Of a stretch of DNA of 12,932 nt, positions 1 through 7,860 are shown in pieces. Every line of letters begins with the position of its first letter. The first letter of the stretch is position 1. A program made the translations under genes and the position numbers. Origin of the DNA: Nitrospinota bacterium. GTDB lineage: Bacteria; Nitrospinota; Nitrospinia; Nitrospinales; VA-1. The notes below the pieces were generated by a model. It worked only from the letters and a program-made list of their open reading frames with translations. It was not told the origin of the DNA and did not search any database. The stretch is taken from positions 1 through 12,932 of the forward strand of contig JAYNIA010000062.1 in NCBI GenBank assembly GCA_038108555.1, in the 5' to 3' direction.

Positions 1-22
1 GTGTCCTGGGCGGGGTAAATCC

Positions 23-517
23 GTGAATTTCACCGAGAATGTCAGGATAGTCCCTTTATGTAATGTTCCATTTGCCATATCCGTATTAAAGGAATTGTTT
101 ATTAAGGAATGGGAGCCCTGGTATTGCTCGAATGGTAGGGGTAATGCGGAAGCTGATTTGCTGGCATGTTGCAATCAGTATGAAGTTCCAATGGCCTTTG
201 TCGCGTTAAAGGACGAGGATCAGGTATTGGGAACAGCAGCACTGAAACCCCGATTGGATGGAATAAACCTGGATTATGGGCCGTGGCTCGGAGCTGTTTT
301 GGTAGGAAAACAGTATCGTGGAAATGGCATTGGTACGATGTTGATTAACGCGATTGAGTCTAAGGCCCGAAGCCTCGGATTTCAGGTTATTTATACATCC
401 ACCAATTCAGCCACCTCCATTCTTACCCGGCGCGGCTGGATTTCAACAGGAGAAAATTTCCATTCACTCCATGGTCCCATACCCATTTTTTGTCTTGATC
501 TTGAACGAACAACCTAG
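23..517 (+). CDS. GNAT-family N-acetyltransferase
   Basis: 164 aa, GTG start after GGGG. Acetyl-CoA binding motif A (VLVGKQYRGNGIGTMLI) and motif B-like region (ARSLGFQVIYT...TRRGW). Confidence 0.85.
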   Translation: MNFTENVRIVPLCNVPFAISVLKELFIKEWEPWYCSNGRGNAEADLLACCNQYEVPMAFVALKDEDQVLGTAALKPRLDGINLDYGPWLGAVLVGKQYRGNGIGTMLINAIESKARSLGFQVIYTSTNSATSILTRRGWISTGENFHSLHGPIPIFCLDLERTT

Positions 518-559
518 AAAGTTTTTTCTATTGAATGCGCACCAGCAGCGGTCCGCCGC

Positions 560-1612
560 CTAACCTGTCGGGCTGGTGATTTGTAGTTTTTTGAGTTTTT
601 CTACGAGGGTGGTGCGGTTGAGTCCCAAAAGATTTGCAGCTTTGTTTTTCACCCAACCGGTTTTTTCGAGAGCTTCCAGCAACAATTCTTTTTCGAACCC
701 TTCCACCATCTTTTTCAGGTTGATACCTTCTTCGGGAATTCCCACATGGAAGGATTGCCTTAAGGACTGTTGAAGCATTTGCGCGGGATTGCCCTCTTCC
801 TCTTCTTCGGGAGCGGGTTGCCAATTGTTTTTGGGAGTGTCGCCGAGGACTTTATCCGGCAGGTCGCGTGGGGTGATGGTTGAGCCGAGGCTCAGCACCA
901 TCATGCGTTCGACAAAGTTTGCCAACTCGCGGATGTTGCCGGGCCAGTTGTAGTTCACCAGATACTGCATGGCTTCATCGTTGATGGATTTGGTGTCCCC
1001 GGTTCCATTGAACTGTTTTAAAAAATGGTTCGCCAACAGGGGGATATCGGTTTTCCTTTCCCGCAAGGGGGGAAGGTTGATGGGAATGATATTGAGCCGA
1101 TAGAAAAGGTCTTCACGGAACTTGCCTTCCTTGATGGACTCTTCCAGGTTCCTGTGGGTTGCGGTGATCACGCGTATATCAATCGGTGTGGGTTTGGTGC
1201 TGCCGATGCGGTCGATTTCCCGTTCTGCCAGAACCCGCAGTAGTTTTACCTGCAAAGAGGTCGGCATGTCACCGATTTCGTCGAGGAAGATGGTTCCCTG
1301 GTTCGCCAGCTCCATTCGTCCGATACGGGTGTTGACCGCTCCGGTGAACGCCCCTTTTTCGTAACCGAATAGCTCACTTTCGAGAAGTTCGTGGGGAATG
1401 GCACCACAGTTGACGGCTATGAAGGGTTTGGAAGCCCGGGGGCTGTTCATGTGTAAAGCCCGGGCGATGAGCTCCTTCCCTGTTCCGCTTTCGCCATAGA
1501 TCATGACGGTGCTTTGTGAGCCTGCGGCCCTCTCTACAACGTCAAAAACTTCACGGATGGGCTGGCTTTCGCCAACAATGCTGAAGCTGTCTGATTCCAA
1601 TTTTATCTTCAT
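560..1612 (-). CDS. Sigma-54 enhancer-binding protein, FleQ/FlrA-like, AAA+ plus Fis-HTH only (no N-terminal regulatory domain)
   Basis: Walker A GESGTGKE, intact GAFTGA, Walker B FLDEIG, FREDLFYRL, WPGNIREL. C-terminal HTH contains RTTLVEK, typical of FleQ/FlrA. AAA+ domain starts at about residue 12. Confidence 0.93.
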   Translation of the reverse strand: MKIKLESDSFSIVGESQPIREVFDVVERAAGSQSTVMIYGESGTGKELIARALHMNSPRASKPFIAVNCGAIPHELLESELFGYEKGAFTGAVNTRIGRMELANQGTIFLDEIGDMPTSLQVKLLRVLAEREIDRIGSTKPTPIDIRVITATHRNLEESIKEGKFREDLFYRLNIIPINLPPLRERKTDIPLLANHFLKQFNGTGDTKSINDEAMQYLVNYNWPGNIRELANFVERMMVLSLGSTITPRDLPDKVLGDTPKNNWQPAPEEEEEGNPAQMLQQSLRQSFHVGIPEEGINLKKMVEGFEKELLLEALEKTGWVKNKAANLLGLNRTTLVEKLKKLQITSPTG

Positions 1613-1622
1613 AATCGGAAAT

Positions 1623-1650
1623 ATTATATCTGGAAAGCCCTAATTGTCAA
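1623..1650 (-). promoter_or_regulatory. Consensus sigma-70 promoter of the FleQ-like gene
   Basis: Minus strand TTGACA (1650-1645), 16-bp spacer, TATAAT (1628-1623). Only 10 nt separate the -10 from the ATG at 1612. Confidence 0.8.
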
Positions 1651-1786
1651 ATAAAACAGTGATTTAACATATAGACGGAATCCCTGAAAAGCGTCAAAAC
1701 TCCCTTACAGAGGCAAAACCGGGGACCAATTGGAAGGAATTCAAAACGTTGTATAAATTGACAGCGCAGAAAACGGGTGGGAGAAA

Positions 1787-2623
1787 TCAGTTACTACCAT
1801 TTAAAACGCTCTTGGCGAGGTCTGCATATTTTCTGAGCTCGGGTTCCCAGCGGGATAAATCTTCTGAAGTGATTTCCAGGGATTTCAGCAGTATCTCCTG
1901 ATCCGGCTCCACTTGAATATCACTGCAACCGGGATAGCCCCACTGTTTCGCCAGTCGTTTTGCCAGTGCCACCACTGCCACCGGCTTGGATCTGTCTGGA
2001 TCGGGTTGAAATAAATCTAAAAGAGAATTTGGAAAGTTCCAGGAGGTCATAAGTTCCCTGCCCACCTCCAGGTTGGTAAATCCGAAAACTTTTTTTTCTG
2101 CATCGAGGAGATTTATTTTTTCTTTGCAGGATGTTTCAAAAGCCTGTGCCAACTCATGTGGAAAGACGGCGGATAAAGCAATGATCCCTGCATTGTGTAT
2201 CAACCCTGCTGTAAAACAGACATCCGATTCCAAGCGGCCAATCATTCGGCCCAATCCTCCTGAAATGGATGCAGTAACCCCACTTTGCAACCACAAATCT
2301 TCATAGCGAATCGAGATTTCTTTGGGATGGTCTGACGAATACCTTTCTAGAATTGGAATCCGCAGGATTATATTTTTTATGGCCCCCGGTCCGAGCAAAC
2401 CTGCGGCTTGTTGCAGGGAGGAAATTTTCTTTGAGAAACCGTAAACAGGACTGTTGGCAACTTTCAAAACGCTCATCGCCATAGAGGGATCGTATTGAAT
2501 AATTTCTACGATATTGTAATCCATCGAAGATGTGGAACCGGTTGCTACGAGAACACTGTTGATCTGCTCTGGAAGCGATGGCAGGTTCTTTATGGATCGA
2601 AACGCGTTAAGGAAAATTGTCAT
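1787..2623 (-). CDS. Stand-alone HDOD-domain signalling protein
   Basis: Hallmark HDOD motifs LPSLP, DPSMAMSVLKVANSPVYG, ISSLQQA..LLG, FTAGLIHNAG, EKKVFGF, WNFP. Start overlaps the upstream DGC stop (ATGA, 2620-2623). Confidence 0.9.
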   Translation of the reverse strand: MTIFLNAFRSIKNLPSLPEQINSVLVATGSTSSMDYNIVEIIQYDPSMAMSVLKVANSPVYGFSKKISSLQQAAGLLGPGAIKNIILRIPILERYSSDHPKEISIRYEDLWLQSGVTASISGGLGRMIGRLESDVCFTAGLIHNAGIIALSAVFPHELAQAFETSCKEKINLLDAEKKVFGFTNLEVGRELMTSWNFPNSLLDLFQPDPDRSKPVAVVALAKRLAKQWGYPGCSDIQVEPDQEILLKSLEITSEDLSRWEPELRKYADLAKSVLNGSN

Positions 2624-3699
2624 GGCGTTCCCACAATGGTCTGGTTTCTACCTTCATTTTTGGCCCTGTACAGAGCCTGGTCTGCGATATTGATCAGGTC
2701 GGCAGGAGTTTTGATACGCTCCGGATCAAACTCGGCAATTCCGCAACTTACCGTTACTTTAAAGTCGGTACCCTTATAGGAAAAGGTTTGGCTTGCCATT
2801 TCCTCCCTGATTCGTTCGGCAATATATTTAGCACCCTCAACTTTAGTCTCAGGGAGTATCAGGATAAACTCTTCGCCTCCATATCTTGCGGCAACATCGT
2901 TGGAACGGCAAAACTTTTTCATGGTGGTTGCAAAGTCCAGAAGAATGTCATCTCCCATCTGATGGCCGTAGGTATCGTTGACATTTTTGAAATGGTCGAT
3001 ATCGAGCATGATTATGGAGAGGGGGGAAGAATATCTCTGGCTACGAATCACTTCATTTTTTAAGAGCGCCTGCATTTGTTGATGGTTGTCCAACCCTGTC
3101 AGACCATCGGTCACAGACAGCTTCTCGACTTTTTCAAAAAGCAATGCGTTACTTATGGACAGGGCAACAAATTCTGAAACATTCAGGGCGAAATCCAAAT
3201 CCCCGACATTAAAAAATCCTTTATCATTGTCATTCAGATTCATGACGCCGATGATTTCGTTTTCGATCATCAGCGGAATTGAAACCAGAAACTCGCATTT
3301 GAAAAGGGGATTTTTTCTACCGCGAAAATATCTCGAGCTGGAAAAGTCCTGTTCAAAAATATACCTGCCTGTTGTCATTGCCTCTTTCATGATGGGGGAA
3401 TCGTTCTGGTAAATCGATAACCCCTCCTTCAATTCAGGGTGGTTATGGCTCATGAGGTTTAATCGCTTATGATCTTTATCGAACAGGAAAAAGGAAAAAT
3501 ACTTTACAGATAATATGTAAGGCAACTTCTCTGCCATAACTTTGCAGATTTCCTCGGAACTCAGGAGATTAATGCTTTTCTGCAAATAGATAAGGTGGTC
3601 CAGCGCTTCCAGGGAGTCCCCCAAAAGATTATTCTGCTTCTTTAAAAGGTTCCGTACCGCCTCAGATTCCTGCCATTTCAATTGTTCGGGCGTGCTCAT
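2620..3699 (-). CDS. GAF-GGDEF diguanylate cyclase (predicted active, with I-site)
   Basis: GAF-like N-region (LVSIPLMIENEIIGVMNL), DGLTGL, LDIDHFKNVNDTYGHQMGD, RSND I-site, RYGGEEF, ADQALYRAKNEGRN. ATG at 3699 preferred to 3705 because GGAG abuts the 3705 ATG but lies 6 nt before 3699. Confidence 0.93.
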   Translation of the reverse strand: MSTPEQLKWQESEAVRNLLKKQNNLLGDSLEALDHLIYLQKSINLLSSEEICKVMAEKLPYILSVKYFSFFLFDKDHKRLNLMSHNHPELKEGLSIYQNDSPIMKEAMTTGRYIFEQDFSSSRYFRGRKNPLFKCEFLVSIPLMIENEIIGVMNLNDNDKGFFNVGDLDFALNVSEFVALSISNALLFEKVEKLSVTDGLTGLDNHQQMQALLKNEVIRSQRYSSPLSIIMLDIDHFKNVNDTYGHQMGDDILLDFATTMKKFCRSNDVAARYGGEEFILILPETKVEGAKYIAERIREEMASQTFSYKGTDFKVTVSCGIAEFDPERIKTPADLINIADQALYRAKNEGRNQTIVGTP

Positions 3700-3750
3700 T
3701 CCCATCTCCAGGTCAATTAGACTTGCTGAAAGAATAGAAAGTGGGATTTA

Positions 3751-3764
3751 GTCAATTTTCTGAC
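3751..3764. promoter_or_regulatory. FleQ-type palindromic upstream activator site
   Basis: GTCA-ATTTTC-TGAC: same length and arms as the Pseudomonas FleQ box consensus GTCaNTAAAtTGAC. About 140 bp upstream of the -24 element at 3902. Confidence 0.6.
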
Positions 3765-3899
3765 CCCTATTGCATCATGTTTTCGATGAAAATGTCGAAA
3801 AAAATGAATAACGGTCTTATACTATAACTACGGTTAAAACGTTTAAAAATTTAAGGTTGGGCAGGTTTGGAACTCTCTAAAACCCGGCTTTGGCTGCAA

Positions 3900-3916
3900 T
3901 TGGTATCAAAATTGCT
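3900..3916 (+). promoter_or_regulatory. Sigma-54 (-24/-12) promoter of the TPR-kinase-regulator operon
   Basis: TTGGTATCAAAATTGCT: GG (3902-3903), N10, GC (3914-3915), exact spacing with TTGC. Followed by SD-like AGGA and ATG at 3949. Confidence 0.8.
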
Positions 3917-3948
3917 TTAATTAGAGAAAAAAACCAGGCATAGGAATT

Positions 3949-6540
3949 ATGTTAATTAAACCAAATTTTAGAAAGCTTCTCATTTTCGCCATGCTCCTGA
4001 TGCAATTATTTTCCCGCTCGGACGCCTGGGCACAGGGGGGTTTTTTAGATAATACCTTGCTTAAAACGGTCAAAATTGGGCCGCATCCTGTTTATACAAG
4101 AATTTTGGTGGATTTGAACCGGTCTGTCGATTACCAGGTCAGCGCTGATTTTGCCGAAAAGCGCATTATTTTGACCCTGCCAGATACTCAAAAGGGCCCA
4201 CGGGTTCGTAGCAAAGCATTTAACGATAAAAACCTTGAACAATTCATAGTTAGCACCCGTGAAGGAAAAATAAAAATCACATTTGTTTTAAAAAATTCCA
4301 ATACCCGGTTTTTCCATTCCATGAACCCGGATAAACCGCAAATTATTATTGATCTTAAAGGGAACAAAAAACCCATTTTAAAAGCCAAGCTTCGCAACCC
4401 GCCCCCTTCCAGAAAAGTAAAGACCGGCGGAAAGGGTCAAGAGAAAACCAGCGAAATAGAAAGGCCTCTTTCCCGGAAAAAGGTCCGTGTTTCTGGATAC
4501 ACACCCAAAAAAATCCGCGAAATGATTTCGCAGAATGAGCAGGAAAAGGTCGATAGCGGATGGGAAGATTACCAAAAAGCCTTGAAAGATTTTCAAAGTC
4601 AGAACTATCCCGTTGCCTCCAAATCATTGCAGGAATTTATCGAAAAATTTCCAAAGAGCAAGTACCTGGGGCAGGCTTTATATTTAAGGGCTGAAGCTGA
4701 GTACCGCAAAACTTTTAAAGAACTCAATCCAAATTTCGACAGAGCCCTGGCTGCTTATCAGGCAGCGATGAGAAAAGATCCCGATTCAAAATTTTACGAT
4801 CATGCTTTGCTTAAGGTGGCAACCATATACGATGAAATAGGATACCTTTTGGAAGCCAGAACTCTTTACAACCAGGGCATCAAAGCTTCAAGAAAAAGTC
4901 TGTACAATGAAACTCGCCAGAACCACCTTGCCGCAATGTTAATGAAGGAGGAAAAGTTCAAAGAGGCATTCGACGCCTTCCAAAGGATACTGAAGAAATC
5001 TCCAAAAAATATTGATGCAAAAGCAGGGATATTTGAAATTGCAAATCGATTCTTTGAAAAAAACGATTACGATCAGGCATTGGAGATTTTTGAAACGGGT
5101 GCCAAACGCTGGCCTACCGAGCTAAATGAAAAACCGGAAATAAATTATAAAATGGCGGAAATATATTTTTCCCAGGAAAAATATTCAAAAGCACGAAAAC
5201 ATTTCTTTAACCTTTTAAACCTGGACCCCACTTCTGAAAACGCGCACAGTGCATTAAACCGTATAGGCGACACCTATTTGCTTCAAGGAAACTATCAGAA
5301 AGCCCTTGCGGTGTTTGATGAGTCCAGCAAAAAGAAGGTGGCCAAACTGGATGAAGAAGGAAAGCCACTGATGGATGAACAAGAAAATGTCATTCTTGAA
5401 GACAGTGCAGACACGCAATATGGAAGAATCCGGATGGCTGACATTGGAATACGAAGTCCCCGTTTAAAAGTGAACGATATTGTTTTCGATGTTTCCTATT
5501 ATTACAAACCCTTTAAAACCTATGAACAGATTTTCCAGGAAGCAAAGAACGTAGAGATACTCGCGGAAGTAACTTTGAGTCGTGGCATCGCCTATTTGCT
5601 TGAGCAAAACTACCTGAAAGCCATTGAAGAGTTTAAGAAACTTTTTCCTCTTGGACCGGAGTCCCGTTTCTCACAGGAAGCAGAAAGATTTGTTAAGCAG
5701 GCGCTCATTGCCCTGATAGATAAATACTCCAAACAAAAAGGAATGTTGCCCATTCTTTATTCTTATAGTGATTTTGTCAGCCTTCCTATCAAAAATATTA
5801 AAAATGCCAAAACGCTTTTGCAGGTTGGGGAAGCTTATCAGGCTATAGGAATGTACCCCGAAGCCATTAAATTTTATGAAAAAGTGAAATTGCTGGACAC
5901 AGAAAAAACCTACCGTGACAGAATCTTCTTGAATCTGGGGAAAATTCATTTAGAAGAAAAGAGTTTTGATGAAGCCATAATGGTAGGCCGCTCTTTTACC
6001 AAAAATTTTCCAAGAAGCAAAAGGTTAAATGAGGCCAAAAAGCTTCTCGCGCAAGCCCATCAGGGAAATGGAAATCTCCGGGGTGCCATCACCATGTATG
6101 AAGAGCTGCTGGGCTTATCAAAAGACAAGGCAGAGATTCACTATTTAATTGCTGAAGCAAAAACCGAAATGAAAAAATATGCGGAAGCTGCGGTCTTCTA
6201 CCAGAATGCCATTGCAGAATACGATAGAACTGAGCGGGTCGTTCCCGATTACATACAAAAATCCTATTACCATTTAGGAACTTCTCTTTTCAGACTCGAG
6301 CGGTATAAAGCAGCTATTGAGGCCTTGAATGCAGCGAAAGAACTTTTTCCCGACCATCCCCTTAAAGAATGGGCCGATTACCTGTTGATCGATAGCTACG
6401 AGCAACAGGGTGATTTGGAGAAATCCAAAGAGGGAATCAGCAGGCTGGTCAAAGCCGAAAACGCAGATCCTATCCTCAAACGCGCTGCCCAATCCAGCGC
6501 CGACATTCAAGAATGGGAAAAACAATTAAAAGAAGGGTAA
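3949..6540 (+). CDS. Exported tetratricopeptide-repeat protein with N-terminal AMIN-like domain
   Basis: Signal peptide (basic N-region, hydrophobic LLIFAMLLMQLF, AWA cleavage site). AMIN-like segment (VKIGPHPVYTRILVDL...RIILTL), basic linker, then many BamD/YbgF-like TPR units (FIEKFPKSKY, ALNRIGDTY, FTKNFPRSKR, YYHLG...LFPDHP). Confidence 0.85.
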   Translation: MLIKPNFRKLLIFAMLLMQLFSRSDAWAQGGFLDNTLLKTVKIGPHPVYTRILVDLNRSVDYQVSADFAEKRIILTLPDTQKGPRVRSKAFNDKNLEQFIVSTREGKIKITFVLKNSNTRFFHSMNPDKPQIIIDLKGNKKPILKAKLRNPPPSRKVKTGGKGQEKTSEIERPLSRKKVRVSGYTPKKIREMISQNEQEKVDSGWEDYQKALKDFQSQNYPVASKSLQEFIEKFPKSKYLGQALYLRAEAEYRKTFKELNPNFDRALAAYQAAMRKDPDSKFYDHALLKVATIYDEIGYLLEARTLYNQGIKASRKSLYNETRQNHLAAMLMKEEKFKEAFDAFQRILKKSPKNIDAKAGIFEIANRFFEKNDYDQALEIFETGAKRWPTELNEKPEINYKMAEIYFSQEKYSKARKHFFNLLNLDPTSENAHSALNRIGDTYLLQGNYQKALAVFDESSKKKVAKLDEEGKPLMDEQENVILEDSADTQYGRIRMADIGIRSPRLKVNDIVFDVSYYYKPFKTYEQIFQEAKNVEILAEVTLSRGIAYLLEQNYLKAIEEFKKLFPLGPESRFSQEAERFVKQALIALIDKYSKQKGMLPILYSYSDFVSLPIKNIKNAKTLLQVGEAYQAIGMYPEAIKFYEKVKLLDTEKTYRDRIFLNLGKIHLEEKSFDEAIMVGRSFTKNFPRSKRLNEAKKLLAQAHQGNGNLRGAITMYEELLGLSKDKAEIHYLIAEAKTEMKKYAEAAVFYQNAIAEYDRTERVVPDYIQKSYYHLGTSLFRLERYKAAIEALNAAKELFPDHPLKEWADYLLIDSYEQQGDLEKSKEGISRLVKAENADPILKRAAQSSADIQEWEKQLKEG

Positions 6541-6554
6541 TTTTATTTTATAAT
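6526..6554 (+). promoter_or_regulatory. Possible internal sigma-70 promoter for the kinase/regulator pair
   Basis: TTAAAA (6526-6531), 17-bp spacer, perfect TATAAT (6549-6554). AT-rich context lowers specificity. Confidence 0.4.
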
Positions 6555-6588
6555 AAGGAATGATTGGAAACCCACTGCTAGCCTTCCT

Positions 6589-7860
6589 ATGACAATCCCA
6601 GGTGGTAACAAAAGTAAAGAAATCCAGACTCTCATCCAGAACATGGAGGCTTTTAACGAAGTTACCGCACAGCTACAAAACTCCTACGACGAGCTTCAGG
6701 AAAGAGTTAAAAAACTTGACCTTGAACTTTCCGATAAAAATGAAGAATTAGAAAAAAACCTTGCGGAAAAAGAGCGGGTAAAAAATTATCTGAACGATAT
6801 TCTGGAAAGCCAAACCAATGGCGTCATCGTGGTCGATCGATCCGGAAATATTACAACCTGTAATAAAACTGCAGGAACCCTTACCGGTATCAAACCCAAA
6901 GGATGTATCGGAAAGTCTTTGAACGAAATTTTCCCATTGTTGGAGCCTCTAGTTGAGAAATTGGGGAAAAGCCGTGGTGAGACCATCAGCCAGGATAAAG
7001 ATATTGTCACTGAAGGTGGCGGAACCCTACACGTCCGTGCCTCCGCCTCTCCGGTCTGGGATAACCATGGGGGCCAGAACGGTACTATCCTGGTTCTACA
7101 GGACATGACCGAATTTAGGAAAATGGAAGAGCTCGCCCAACGCAATCAAAGGTTGCGTGAAATGGGGGAGATGGCAGCAGGCATCGCGCATGAAATCAGG
7201 AATCCATTAGGCAGTATCGAGTTGTTTGCTTCTCTATTAAAAAAAGATTTGGAAGGAGACACCGAAAAGGAAAAACTTGTTCAGCATATCCGTGCCGGAG
7301 TGCAGAATATGGATCGGATCATTTCAACTCTGCTGCTATTTGCAAAATCGGCTCAACCTTCCCGGCAACAATGTGATATCAACTCGCTACTTACCGAATG
7401 TCTGGAAGGAATCAATAATGTTCGCATCCCTGAAAATATCCAGGTAATCCGCAAATCAGGCCAGGGCAATTTATTGGCAAATGGAGATCGCGAGCTGTTG
7501 CGACAAGTATTTCCTAACCTGATCAATAACGCTGTTCAAGCGATGCCCGAAGGAGGCAACTTAAGTCTCATTACAGAAAAATCTTCGGTCTCTTCCAGTC
7601 CTGAAAATGGGGCGGCCAAGCGCCAATATATTTCCGTTACTGTTGCAGATAATGGAATTGGAATGTCCTCTGAAAATCTCGCGAAAGTATTTAATCCGTT
7701 CTTCACCACGAAAGATAAAGGTACCGGACTCGGCCTGGCTATCTCCCACAATATTATAAAAGCCCATCAGGGGACGATCGATGTCGTGAGCGAAGAAGGT
7801 AAAGGCACATCATTCATTGTAAAAATTCCAAGCTGGGATGAGGATTTCGATGAAAAATAA
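6589..7860 (+). CDS. Cytoplasmic PAS sensor histidine kinase (FleS/FlrB/FlgS-like, NtrB family)
   Basis: N-terminal coiled coil, PAS ([22 protein letters not shown]), H-box AHEIRNPL, N-box [11 protein letters not shown]1 DNGIG, F-box FNPFFTTK, G2 GTGLGL. No transmembrane segment. Confidence 0.92.
   Translation: MTIPGGNKSKEIQTLIQNMEAFNEVTAQLQNSYDELQERVKKLDLELSDKNEELEKNLAEKERVKNYLNDILESQTNGVIVVDRSGNITTCNKTAGTLTGIKPKGCIGKSLNEIFPLLEPLVEKLGKSRGETISQDKDIVTEGGGTLHVRASASPVWDNHGGQNGTILVLQDMTEFRKMEELAQRNQRLREMGEMAAGIAHEIRNPLGSIELFASLLKKDLEGDTEKEKLVQHIRAGVQNMDRIISTLLLFAKSAQPSRQQCDINSLLTECLEGINNVRIPENIQVIRKSGQGNLLANGDRELLRQVFPNLINNAVQAMPEGGNLSLITEKSSVSSSPENGAAKRQYISVTVADNGIGMSSENLAKVFNPFFTTKDKGTGLGLAISHNIIKAHQGTIDVVSEEGKGTSFIVKIPSWDEDFDEK

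Noticed and set aside
515..557. Intrinsic terminator between the convergent GNAT and bEBP genes (TAGAAA-GTTT-TTTCTA; GCGG-T-CCGC)
   Set aside because: Stems are short or AT-rich, one has a 1-nt loop, and neither has a properly placed U-tract.
528..824. Arg-rich 98-aa ORF on the minus strand
   Set aside because: Alternative frame inside the bEBP gene; no recognisable domain or RBS.
2617..3063. 148-aa plus-strand ORF
   Set aside because: Antisense shadow of the GGDEF domain; no independent coding signal.
3795..3823. Possible rightward sigma-70 promoter TCGAAA-17-TATACT
   Set aside because: Weak -35 in AT-rich DNA; the sigma-54 element at 3900-3916 explains the operon better. Not excluded as a secondary promoter.
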